DNA of 29,973 nt from Candidatus Thorarchaeota archaeon (GTDB taxonomy: Archaea > Asgardarchaeota > Thorarchaeia > Thorarchaeales > Thorarchaeaceae). Location: NCBI GenBank assembly GCA_048882325.1, contig JBHLRS010000038.1, positions 1 through 29,973 on the forward strand, given 5' to 3'. The notes under the pieces are model-generated. The model saw only the letters and a program-made list of their open reading frames with translations. It did no database searches and was not told where the DNA came from. Numbering within the stretch: position 1 is the stretch's first letter; each line of letters starts with the position of its first letter. A program made the translations under genes and the position numbers. This document shows, piece by piece, positions 18,887-27,692 of this stretch.

Positions 18887-19928
18887 CTGCATCAATCACC
18901 ATCTGGAACTCGTATGGTGCACTATCCCTGACTCTTCTGACAAGATTCACTGTTTCTATGCACCGACCTGATTCCTCTACCAGTTGGGCGAGTTTTCTCG
19001 TGAGTGTGTTCTCTGGATCCTCGCCACCAACAAAATCGTAGTAATGCAGTACTCCGGACGGTTTCAGAATCCGACAAGCTTCAGGTATGAAATCAAAAGC
19101 TCTGGAGGGGTGATTCATTATGACCCGATCTGCAATCTTGTTCTTGGGGTAGTTCTTGACGTCGCCAACAATAGGCTCAATTGTTCCTTGGAGATGGTTC
19201 AGTCTCATGCTCTTGTTGAGGAGAACAATGGCCTCGGAATTGATGTCTATTGCAACGATGTGCGCCTTCCTCTGTCGCGCTATATGAATGGGAAACGGAC
19301 CAACACCACAGAACATGTCAACAACAAACTCATTGTCTTTCACAAGTTGCGCGATTCGATGATGCTCCTCGAGGAGTCTTGGACTGAAATATGCCTTAGA
19401 AAGGTCAACTGCAAGGCGACAGCCATACTCTATGTGAATTGTGTCAGTCTTGTCTTCCCCAGCAAGACACTGGTATTCTCTGACTCTTGTGGTACCAGAG
19501 ATTGCACCTCTCTTTGCGAGGACAGTGGAGAAATTCTTGTGGACTTCATGGAAAGCCAACCCGATTCTTTTGCTATGTTTCAACAGTTCATCGGGAATCT
19601 CCAGCACTGCAATGTCACCAATGAGATCATACGCCCGTGGAATAAGCTCGAGCTCTGCTGGACTAAGGTGGTTCTTGAGAGCATCGGATAGACTCTTTGG
19701 ACCAAGAGAAACAGGTTCAAAGTGCATTTCTCCGGTTTGAAAACTGACTGGGCCAAGGAGTGTTTCAATCTGTTCTCTGTGGATTTCTCGATTTAGTGGC
19801 AGGAACAGTGCTCCATCCAGCGACACAATTTTATGTTCGGTATCGAGAAGATTGTAATCCAATAGTGCCTTCCTTATTCGCTCTCCGTCCACTGCTGAGA
19901 CCTTAAGGAATGGTTTCTTGGATGACAT
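18876..19928 (-). CDS. trm5: tRNA (guanine37-N1)-methyltransferase, Trm5/Tyw2 (Met-10+) family
   Basis: YDLIGDIAV, AYFSPRLLEEH, VVDMFCGVGPF, AIDIN, RVIMNHP. Confidence 0.85.
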   Translation of the reverse strand: MSSKKPFLKVSAVDGERIRKALLDYNLLDTEHKIVSLDGALFLPLNREIHREQIETLLGPVSFQTGEMHFEPVSLGPKSLSDALKNHLSPAELELIPRAYDLIGDIAVLEIPDELLKHSKRIGLAFHEVHKNFSTVLAKRGAISGTTRVREYQCLAGEDKTDTIHIEYGCRLAVDLSKAYFSPRLLEEHHRIAQLVKDNEFVVDMFCGVGPFPIHIARQRKAHIVAIDINSEAIVLLNKSMRLNHLQGTIEPIVGDVKNYPKNKIADRVIMNHPSRAFDFIPEACRILKPSGVLHYYDFVGGEDPENTLTRKLAQLVEESGRCIETVNLVRRVRDSAPYEFQMVIDAVIE

Positions 19929-19952
19929 CGACTTCGAGAGATACCTAGAAAC

Positions 19953-21038
19953 CTAAGACAGTTGTGATTGTGTGCTGGGAAGTAGTCGAATGTACTCTTT
20001 TCCTGCGCCTGATTTGGTCCCTATCATAATCTGAAAGAATTGTGTTTCTCCATCTGTGGAAGTAACTCGTTGTAGAGTACCTGTGACCTCAACCCGGTCA
20101 CCAGTCTGTAAAAGACCGCCAAATGCACCATCATACACCATGATTCGACGTACTGATTCACCGTCGATTGCATCAAGAGGTGGTGAATGACCCTGATACA
20201 ACGCAGGATGAAAGAGACCATAGTCAGCGTTCTCAATATCCATGACCACAGTAGTGAGTTTTTCTGATATTGCAGTATAAGACTCGCTATCATGTTGAAT
20301 CGGTGCCTCACCTGGACGTAATATGGGTGTGATCCCGATACAGACATCTCCCAAACACAGTGCCTTTCGACGCATGAATAGGTTCTGTAAGTCCTCGGAC
20401 TTCATGATGGGGACTCTGTCATGGACTCGCTTCATGGCATGTTTCCAGTCAGCAAGTTCACGTAGTCGTGTATCTTCTCTTCCTTGTGCGAGGGATTCAT
20501 AGTTGTTGTGAAGAGTCCAGGACGTGTCAAAGCCATAGATGTTCATATTGATGTCCGAGCGTTCTAGGCTGTGACCCTTCCACAATATGCTTCCTGCAAC
20601 TCCAATGTTGTCAAATGAAATGCCCAGTGTGTCATGGAGTGTTTCTGCTCCATGTTTCACAAGCTCCTCTAGGGAGTCTTGGGGTCCAACCTTCATGATC
20701 TCCTTCAATCGAAGTTCTGGATTGAAATATTTCCCCACCCTCTCTCTTGGAGGTTCAAGAAGATCTGTGCCAAAGTGTGAGTCGGAAACCACATAGTCAG
20801 GAGGGAGTATGTTCATACCATCAACAGTGGAACTTACACTACCCCAGAATGTTCTCTTGTATTTGATGTCACCAGATTGCCACTCACCGGATGGGTCTGG
20901 AATATATTTGAGAAACGACAGTATCCTATCTGAGGGTTGGATGTATCCAAGAACCACAAAGACTCGACCTTCTACATCATGAAATATGTCTCGGTCTCTC
21001 ACAAGGGCAGGTAATTCAACGCATGCAGGGTCAGCCAA
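19953..21038 (-). CDS. Archaeal predicted nucleotidyltransferase (COG1665-like)
   Basis: RDRD...F.V.GY.QP..ILSFLKY.P N-terminus; GVAGSIL...SDINMNIYG; C-terminal OB-like GDRVEVTGTL. Confidence 0.75.
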   Translation of the reverse strand: MADPACVELPALVRDRDIFHDVEGRVFVVLGYIQPSDRILSFLKYIPDPSGEWQSGDIKYKRTFWGSVSSTVDGMNILPPDYVVSDSHFGTDLLEPPRERVGKYFNPELRLKEIMKVGPQDSLEELVKHGAETLHDTLGISFDNIGVAGSILWKGHSLERSDINMNIYGFDTSWTLHNNYESLAQGREDTRLRELADWKHAMKRVHDRVPIMKSEDLQNLFMRRKALCLGDVCIGITPILRPGEAPIQHDSESYTAISEKLTTVVMDIENADYGLFHPALYQGHSPPLDAIDGESVRRIMVYDGAFGGLLQTGDRVEVTGTLQRVTSTDGETQFFQIMIGTKSGAGKEYIRLLPSTQSQLS

Positions 21039-21119
21039 CTTATCAACCCCATAGTACGCCAGTACTTGATTCGACAGCTAGATAGATTAGATGGTCCACA
21101 TAACATTGTGCGACTGCTG

Positions 21120-22346
21120 ATGAAGATTCTCCATCTATGTGATAGCCTTAATCCTGCCGGTCTTGGTGGCTATGAGTCATATCTGCATTATCTCTCTGAG
21201 CAGTTGGCAGTCAAACACCACGAGTCAATAGTAGTGACTCAAGCAGCAAGACACGATTCACCAAAGTTTGTTGACCATGAGTTCTATAGAATCTATAATC
21301 TTCCAGGAAATCTTCTAGAGGCGAGAAAATGGGAATTCTTCTCCTTGCCTGAGAATGAACGTGACGCAGCTGCTGAGGAGATGTTTCAGGCAGATGATCT
21401 GACTCTGAATGTCGAAGCTCTGGAGCAGCAGTTATCTGACTTGATTCAGTCTGTAGAGCCTGACCTAATTCACGCACACAGTCCATATGTGGTGTTTAAC
21501 CGTGTTCTGGAGAAGATCCGGGAACAGAGGGATTTCAAGAACTTGCCAATGCTCGCAACTATCCATGGGAGACCAAAACCACTAGTGTTACCTGGGGGAG
21601 AACGAACAACGGACTATGACGCGTTCGTTGAGGTGTGCCCATTCGATCTCATCTTGGCAGTCAGTGACAACGTGAGTGAAGTACTGAAGAGATATCTCGA
21701 TGAAAGAGGTAAATCAGTGGCAGTTCAGACTCTGTATCTTGGCGTTGACCTCTCAGTGTTCCATCCCTTGAATAACACCCCAAAACAATGGGATCTAGCA
21801 TTCCTCGGCAGACTTGAGTCAATGAAATCAGTCGATCTCTTCCCTGAGATGCTTGCACTCCTGAAACCAGACTTCCCAGAGCTTAGATTTCTGATGACTG
21901 GTGAGGGGTCTCTGAAAAACCTGGTATTTGACGAATTTCAGCAGAGAGGTGTCGCAGACATAGTTGAGTATCTAGGTGTTGTTGAAACCGAAAGAGTGCC
22001 AGTTCTCCTCAATCAGAGTAGCGTGTTCATCTATCCCTCAAGAGAAGAGCCATTCGGCCTTTCGATTCTAGAAGCAATGGCTTGTGAAACGCCTGTTGTG
22101 ACAACCAATGTCTTCGGGCCCAGCGAGATAATCACGAACAATGTCGACGGACTGACCGTTCCGCCAAATGATGTAAGAGAACTCGTCAACGCAATTGGAA
22201 CATTGCTGACTAATGATAAACTCCGTTCAGAGATAGGTCGAAATGCAAGAACGACAGTTGAAAAAAGGTTCGATATCAAAATGCATTATGATGGACTAAT
22301 TCAAGCTTATATGCAGCTCATCATGGCAAAACAGGATAGAAACTAG
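21120..22346 (+). CDS. Glycosyltransferase family 4
   Basis: GGYESY, PDLIHAH, TIHG, GVD, FLGRL..MK, EPFGLSILEAMACETPVV. Start ATG 21120. Confidence 0.93.
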   Translation: MKILHLCDSLNPAGLGGYESYLHYLSEQLAVKHHESIVVTQAARHDSPKFVDHEFYRIYNLPGNLLEARKWEFFSLPENERDAAAEEMFQADDLTLNVEALEQQLSDLIQSVEPDLIHAHSPYVVFNRVLEKIREQRDFKNLPMLATIHGRPKPLVLPGGERTTDYDAFVEVCPFDLILAVSDNVSEVLKRYLDERGKSVAVQTLYLGVDLSVFHPLNNTPKQWDLAFLGRLESMKSVDLFPEMLALLKPDFPELRFLMTGEGSLKNLVFDEFQQRGVADIVEYLGVVETERVPVLLNQSSVFIYPSREEPFGLSILEAMACETPVVTTNVFGPSEIITNNVDGLTVPPNDVRELVNAIGTLLTNDKLRSEIGRNARTTVEKRFDIKMHYDGLIQAYMQLIMAKQDRN

Positions 22347-22349
22347 GTG

Positions 22350-22937
22350 TTAGGGCATGTCGATGTTCTGACTGAGAACCAGCCATACCCTTGCTAGGAT
22401 GGGGGTTATCAGAATGACAGAAGGTAGACCTGTTGTCAGCAAGGGCAGCAGGATAAACCCAATTCCAGCTAGCGCAGAAGTCTGCTCAACAAAGAGACCA
22501 ATCACAACAAGCAGGAGTGCTGTAAACACAAGTCCAATTGCTGATAGAATGGATAGCTTCCCTAACGATCTGCCCTTGGAGAAGTCATAGGAGGCCAGTC
22601 CTACGACAAAACCTAGTACCCCGTAGGCCATGGCAGGAAGTGTTAGAATGACGACAGTGTTGTAGAGCAGCAGATCATATGTGATCATTCCAAGATAGCC
22701 TGCAAGAAATCCAGCTAGGGGTCCACGTATGCCACCAACCACTGCGATGATAGCCAAAGAGGGTACAAGTCCTAGTTTGATCAACGTGAACATCTTGAAT
22801 GGCATATTGATTGAGTTGACCAGGGCAAAGATACCTGCGCCACCAAGTCCGAATATGACGGTGACAAGGGCAACAGTCCAGTGTTGAACCCTGAATCCTT
22901 CTCTAATGGTGGTTCTTTCATCGTTCTCGTCAGACAT
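22350..22937 (-). CDS. ECF transporter S-component-like membrane protein
   Basis: About 6 hydrophobic segments; PSLAIIAVVGGIRGPLAGFLAGYLG..YDL pattern. Confidence 0.65.
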   Translation of the reverse strand: MSDENDERTTIREGFRVQHWTVALVTVIFGLGGAGIFALVNSINMPFKMFTLIKLGLVPSLAIIAVVGGIRGPLAGFLAGYLGMITYDLLLYNTVVILTLPAMAYGVLGFVVGLASYDFSKGRSLGKLSILSAIGLVFTALLLVVIGLFVEQTSALAGIGFILLPLLTTGLPSVILITPILARVWLVLSQNIDMP

Positions 22938-22939
22938 AT

Positions 22940-24583
22940 TCAAGCACCCTCCATGATCACTAGTTGGTAAGTTCCTGGTTGTAATGACAGAGTATAATCG
23001 CCCCCACCAGCGGCCTCAAGTTGCGCAAACTGACTACCACCACGATAGGCTATGGGAAGTGAGTTGAAGTTACTGAATGTCAAAACGCTAGGGCTGTCTA
23101 CTCTGATGTTCAGAATGAATCCTGACTTGTTGGGGTCCCACTGAGCTTGGTAGACCCAGATGTTGTCATCATCAGCTGCACTGATGTAAGGATAGTCCCA
23201 GAACTCTGTGGATCGAGCATCGGCCAAGTCGCGGACAGTGACTGGAACACCAGACCAGACCGTGAATCCAGAAAGGACAGCTGAAAGGAATGGTTCTAGT
23301 GGGGATGTGTCATAGTACATCTCTCTCCTATCTGGAGACCAGACTATGTTTGCCATGTCCTGCAGTAGGTTACCAAGACGGTTTCTTGTGTTGTAATCAC
23401 CTCTCTGATTTGCCAGGGTCATTGTAAAGACTGTGCCTAGAATTCCGAAGACATCAGCAAATGATGTAGGATGAGCGTATGAACCTAACATATACATCAT
23501 GTCCCCAGACAGATCCCTACTGTAGGCATCGATGAAGGTTGGATACTTTGGGATGGTGATTTCAGGAATCGTGTACTCAAGGAAGGTCAGCGCCCATGCC
23601 GTGCCGTATGAGTTGAGTTTTGGCCCTCCGACCAGGTGGTCAACAGCCTGTCCTGGAATCTCCTGAGGACTCGATTCTGCATTGGGACCATACCCCACAG
23701 GTTGTTGAACAAAATAACCATCGATGTAAAGGCCTAGATCATCCGTGATGTTCTCTTCTATGAAATCTAATCCGTACTCCCACATCCCGCTCTCCATGTA
23801 GCTGGTATCATACATGTTGTCATAGAGTTCAGTTGTGTAGATGGGGATGCTGTTACACTGAACAAATACAACATAGGGCTCGCATGGAATAAGACCTGTA
23901 CCCCAAACCCCTCCCGGCTTTGGATTACCAAATCTGTCTGTCGTCACTGATAACTTCCAATCATTGATGTACCAGTCCAGTTCATCTGTAACTGCTCCTG
24001 TGTTAAAGTTTCTCTCATAGAGTGCCATCATGAGGGCATAATGTCCGGTCCACATGATATTGGCAGGTCCTCTGAAACCCCCTGTATAGATGTCATCAGC
24101 ATCATGATGAGTGGCGTTAGGATAGTAGTAATCAGTGAATCCGGGAATGGAAGCCCACTCATAGTATTCCATGGACTTGTTTCCATATTCATCAATTGTA
24201 GTGTTCATCTTCAAAAGCAGTGTGTATGCATGATTCTTGTATGCCTCTGTTCTATATCCAGGTACTGTTTCGCTGACCGCCGCAAAAGTGTAAGCAACAA
24301 ATGCACTCACGTACTGAATTGCCCACATGTAATTTTCAGCATACCATCCATCCCATAGGTTAACTGGTTGGTCCACTATCAACCTATTGAAGTAATTGAC
24401 AATCCCGAGCTGTTCATGGGTCAGTGCTGAATAATCAGCAAAGTTGAAGGTGATACCATCAATTGTCTGAACACTCATCCTGACTGGTGGTGGCGGCATG
24501 TTACCAAATGTCAGTCCTGCAAAGACAATAGTGATGACAGAAGCGGCGATAACGAACTTGTTCTGTTTGAGTACATGGGACAT
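22940..24583 (-). CDS. Linalool dehydratase/isomerase (LinD)-family protein with N-terminal signal/anchor
   Basis: QYVSAFVAY, KM, NIMWTGHYALMMALY, IPCEPYVVFVQCNS, SYGTAWAL match LinD blocks; hydrophobic N-terminus. Confidence 0.85.
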   Translation of the reverse strand: MSHVLKQNKFVIAASVITIVFAGLTFGNMPPPPVRMSVQTIDGITFNFADYSALTHEQLGIVNYFNRLIVDQPVNLWDGWYAENYMWAIQYVSAFVAYTFAAVSETVPGYRTEAYKNHAYTLLLKMNTTIDEYGNKSMEYYEWASIPGFTDYYYPNATHHDADDIYTGGFRGPANIMWTGHYALMMALYERNFNTGAVTDELDWYINDWKLSVTTDRFGNPKPGGVWGTGLIPCEPYVVFVQCNSIPIYTTELYDNMYDTSYMESGMWEYGLDFIEENITDDLGLYIDGYFVQQPVGYGPNAESSPQEIPGQAVDHLVGGPKLNSYGTAWALTFLEYTIPEITIPKYPTFIDAYSRDLSGDMMYMLGSYAHPTSFADVFGILGTVFTMTLANQRGDYNTRNRLGNLLQDMANIVWSPDRREMYYDTSPLEPFLSAVLSGFTVWSGVPVTVRDLADARSTEFWDYPYISAADDDNIWVYQAQWDPNKSGFILNIRVDSPSVLTFSNFNSLPIAYRGGSQFAQLEAAGGGDYTLSLQPGTYQLVIMEGA

Positions 24584-24643
24584 CGATGATCACCTTACAG
24601 GAATCTATGTTATCAAAGGTGCCAATGAGTTTAGTGTTAGGGC

Positions 24644-24666
24644 TATGTCTGACATAAATAGTTTCT
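24644..24666 (-). promoter_or_regulatory. Putative BRE/TATA for the LinD-like gene, overlapped by inverted repeat TATGTC-T-GACATA
   Basis: Minus strand reads AGAAACTATTTATG; inverted repeat at 24644-24656; AGGTGA Shine-Dalgarno at 24590-24595. Confidence 0.45.
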
Positions 24667-24681
24667 AGCGAACAAAGCGCG

Positions 24682-24701
24682 CTGCCGACATATGTCGGTA
24701 G
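24682..24701. promoter_or_regulatory. Palindromic operator candidate CTGCCGACATATGTCGGTAG
   Basis: Perfect 14-bp core CCGACATATGTCGG (24685-24698) in the divergent intergenic region, just before TATA-like TTCATAAA. Confidence 0.65.
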
Positions 24702-24734
24702 AGTTCATAAATGTTTAATTTCTATAATTTAGTC

Positions 24735-25448
24735 ATGCCATTATTCGAAATCGTGTTTAGAGCTAGGTATGAAAACCCACTTAGTGAGATTACAAGAAAC
24801 AATCCATCGGTCAAGATATTCCAGTGGTGCAATGATGAACATGACATCATGGAACTAATCATGCAGAAGCAGGAGGACTACAGTCAAATTCGCAGTGATA
24901 TGACAAAAGCCGTGGAGATAGTCGATGAGATACACAATGGTGGAAACACGCATGTCATTACAAGAATGTGTGCGTGTGGAGGACCAGGTACAGTGCAGCA
25001 CTACCTCGGTGACCCTAATCTCCTACTTATTCCGCCAATTGCCTATGAAAATGGGTGGGAGCATCTCAGACTGATTGCATTCAAGCATGAGAATGTCAAG
25101 AAGCTAATGGCAAAACTGAGAAAGGACAATTTTGAAGTCGAGATTCTCAGAAAGAAGCCATTCGATGGGTATATCGCCAGTTCTCTGACACTCACAACGG
25201 ATGCACTTTTCTCGGGATTGACCGAAAAACAAGTTCATGCGCTCCTCACAGCATATGCTCAGGGATACTTCAGGTATCCAAGAGGTTCAGATCTTCAGAC
25301 AATTGCCTCTAAGGAGAAGATATCCAGAACTACGTTCTTGGAGCATTTGAAGAAGGCTGAGAACAAGATAATCACCGCGCTCATTCCCCACATTCAACTC
25401 TTCAATCGTATTCCAAAGGACCGAAAAGAGTCTATGGCCATTATCTAG
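24735..25448 (+). CDS. HTH_10 (bacterio-opsin activator-type) transcriptional regulator
   Basis: LTEKQVHALLTAYAQGYFRYPR...IA...ISRTTFLEHLKKAENKI. ATG 24735 preferred. Confidence 0.9.
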   Translation: MPLFEIVFRARYENPLSEITRNNPSVKIFQWCNDEHDIMELIMQKQEDYSQIRSDMTKAVEIVDEIHNGGNTHVITRMCACGGPGTVQHYLGDPNLLLIPPIAYENGWEHLRLIAFKHENVKKLMAKLRKDNFEVEILRKKPFDGYIASSLTLTTDALFSGLTEKQVHALLTAYAQGYFRYPRGSDLQTIASKEKISRTTFLEHLKKAENKIITALIPHIQLFNRIPKDRKESMAII

Positions 25449-25488
25449 AATCGGGTAGATTCATTCTAGTGTTTCAAGAAAATGGATA

Positions 25489-25527
25489 GAGGTGTTTCAC
25501 TATCTGAGTTGATAATAGATACACCTC
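25489..25527. terminator. Imperfect hairpin between convergent genes
   Basis: GAGGTGTTTCACTATC-tgagtt-GATAATAGATACACCTC. Confidence 0.45.
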
Positions 25528-25533
25528 CCTTGT

Positions 25534-25749
25534 CTACCGGATGAGTGACATCACATGAGCTGTCGCCAGCGCTTTTGCTTTTCGCTGTTCCATTAAGCGA
25601 AGAGCTTGCTGCTGTGCTAGATAGCTTCGGTATCTTCTCGAATCTTCATCGTAGACTCCTGCTTTTACCGATTTTCTCACTTCTTTGTGTTCCGTAGTAT
25701 CAGTTGGTTCCATTAACAATGCTGTTTGTTGATTTGCTGTGTAAGCCAT
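25534..25749 (-). CDS. Small hypothetical protein (71 aa)
   Basis: ORF preceded by GTGA SD-like sequence, TATA-like box and palindrome; helical C-terminus. Confidence 0.6.
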   Translation of the reverse strand: MAYTANQQTALLMEPTDTTEHKEVRKSVKAGVYDEDSRRYRSYLAQQQALRLMEQRKAKALATAHVMSLIR

Positions 25750-25793
25750 TTCAATCACAATTAGTAACTACCCAAAAAAGAGCATAACTTTTG

Positions 25794-25811
25794 TACCGAC
25801 ACCTGACGGTA
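25794..25811. promoter_or_regulatory. Second operator-like palindrome TACCGACACCTGACGGTA
   Basis: 14/18 identical to 24683-24700; adjacent to TATA-like AAAAGTTAT (minus strand) of the small ORF. Confidence 0.55.
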
Positions 25812-25821
25812 TAGAATCTTC

Positions 25822-26103
25822 TCACCGACGTACATCAATCATAAGAAACTCTTGAAAACTGTGCATCACTCTAAGGAGACTCTCATGGATCTCAGTCTTT
25901 TCATCTTCTCTTTCACTGAGAAGTTTCTGCAAATCAGGATCCTCCAGCAACGTACCAAGTGCGGTTTCCAGATTTCTACAGAAGAAACGTATAGCAAAGA
26001 GAGTCGGAACTGGAGCTGCTTGAGAGGTGCCACCTTCGAGGTAGGTCACTGGCAACATATTCTCTGTGTTGGTGGGAAAGATTGGGTTTTCCATTTGCAT
26101 CAC
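25822..26103 (-). CDS. Small hypothetical protein
   Basis: 93-aa ORF with GGTGA near its start; fills the intergenic gap. Confidence 0.5.
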   Translation of the reverse strand: MMQMENPIFPTNTENMLPVTYLEGGTSQAAPVPTLFAIRFFCRNLETALGTLLEDPDLQKLLSEREDEKTEIHESLLRVMHSFQEFLMIDVRR

Positions 26104-26300
26104 CAGGAAGAGATGAGATGGATGTCTACGGTTTCAATGGTTCAAACCAGAGTGGGTATTCAGGTTAATAATCCCGTACAAAAGAAAAGATGGTAGTCAG
26201 AAACGGTTCGAACTAAGACCATTATGCTATTGTTCTATCTGATGAGGACATTTATCTAGGAGAACCCAATCAATTGTCAGAAGATGGGTGCGTGAGTCTA

Positions 26301-27275
26301 GTGATAAAGACAAGAGTGACTGAAATGCTAGGTTGCAAATATCCAATCATAGCCGGGACCATGGCTAGAATTTCCAGTCCAGAATTTACTGCCGCAGCAA
26401 GTAATGCTGGAGCCTGTGCTGTATTGGCTAGTGCAAATTTCAAAACACCTGATGATCTGCGTGATGCAATCAAAAGGACCCAATCACTCACAGACAAACC
26501 ATTTGCGGTCAACATCAATCTTTTCCCAGCCCTGATGCCCCAAGACAAGCTGGAAGACTATGTGGATGCCACATTGGACGAGGGAGTAAAGATCATTGAG
26601 ACAAGCGGTCACAAGGCACCAGAGGATTTGGTTCCCAAATTCAGAGATGGAGGTGCTATCTGGATTCACAAGTGTGCGGGGGTACGTTATGCGAAGAAAG
26701 GCGCGTCCTTGGGTGCAGATTTAGTGACTGTTGTTGGATACGAGAATGGGGGAGCCACTGGTATTTTGGATATAGGAACAATGGTAATGACTCCATCTGT
26801 TGTTGATGCCCTAGATGTACCAGTGATTGCTGGAGGGGGAATAACAGATGGCAGAGCGCTTGCTGCAGCCTTAGCACTGGGTGCTGAAGGAGTGATTATG
26901 GGTACAAGACTGATGGCTACGAAGGAATGCCCCATACATGATAATCTCAAACAGGCCTTCGTGGAGGCGACAGAAATTGATACGGCTCTAGCCTTACGTT
27001 CTGTTGGAAACACACACCGGTTCTGGAACAACAAAGCATTACAGAAGTTGCTTGAACTAGAGGCTCAGGAAGCACCTCTTTTCCAACTCATTCAAGTTGC
27101 GTCAGGAGATAAATCAGAAGAGATGTACAGAGAAGGAGATATTGACTATGGGGTTGTCGCCTGTGGTCAAGGCGTAGGTTTGGTCAAAGATATTCCCACT
27201 GTCAAAGAGCTTCTGGATAGAATAATGAATGAGGCTGAGGATGTAATTTCGAAACTTAACAAGATAGCGAATTGA
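26301..27275 (+). CDS. Nitronate monooxygenase / FabK-like FMN oxidoreductase
   Basis: KTRVTEMLGCKYPII, TDKPFAVNI, IHKC, VPVIAGGGITDGR, ALALGAEGVIMGTR, GQGVGLV. Start uncertain (26274 or 26301). Confidence 0.9.
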   Translation: MIKTRVTEMLGCKYPIIAGTMARISSPEFTAAASNAGACAVLASANFKTPDDLRDAIKRTQSLTDKPFAVNINLFPALMPQDKLEDYVDATLDEGVKIIETSGHKAPEDLVPKFRDGGAIWIHKCAGVRYAKKGASLGADLVTVVGYENGGATGILDIGTMVMTPSVVDALDVPVIAGGGITDGRALAAALALGAEGVIMGTRLMATKECPIHDNLKQAFVEATEIDTALALRSVGNTHRFWNNKALQKLLELEAQEAPLFQLIQVASGDKSEEMYREGDIDYGVVACGQGVGLVKDIPTVKELLDRIMNEAEDVISKLNKIAN

Positions 27276-27365
27276 GAAGTTAGAAAGCAAAGACACGGAT
27301 TCAAAGAATGAGTTAAATGCAAAATGTGAGATGACGATACAAACTTTGGGAGATTTTGAAGTCAA

Positions 27366-27593
27366 ATGAAAAAAGGTGTAGCAAAACCTCGGTTTGTTGG
27401 TCAATTAATCATGGGAATTCTGGAAATTGTCTTGATTTTTGCGTTCATACCGTACGTCAATGAGATCGGTGGATCGCTGATCACATCCAGTACATATGCG
27501 AATATGATAATGTGGAGTGCATTAGCATTCGTGGTCGTACACGGTCTGTGGCGAATCATCGATGCATACACAACAATGCGTCATGCGGACTAG
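27366..27593 (+). CDS. Small two-TM membrane protein
   Basis: 75 aa with two hydrophobic segments. Confidence 0.6.
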   Translation: MKKGVAKPRFVGQLIMGILEIVLIFAFIPYVNEIGGSLITSSTYANMIMWSALAFVVVHGLWRIIDAYTTMRHAD

Positions 27594-27622
27594 ATGAACA
27601 ACCAATAGAAACCAAATCCAGA

Positions 27623-27647
27623 AGGGGGTGTCGATATGACACCCCCT
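27623..27647. terminator. Perfect GC-rich hairpin between convergent genes
   Basis: AGGGGGTGTC-GATAT-GACACCCCCT: 10-bp stem, 5-nt loop. Confidence 0.6.
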
Positions 27648-27692
27648 CTCATATTGTCCACAGCGACAGGTCAGGAAATTATCACAATTATT

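Noticed and set aside
18984-19691. 235-aa ORF on the + strand
   Set aside because: Entirely antisense to trm5 with no motifs; shadow ORF.
22350-22937. Riboflavin transporter linked to ribK
   Set aside because: It is 4.6 kb from ribK and coupled to the LinD-like gene; substrate cannot be read from the sequence.
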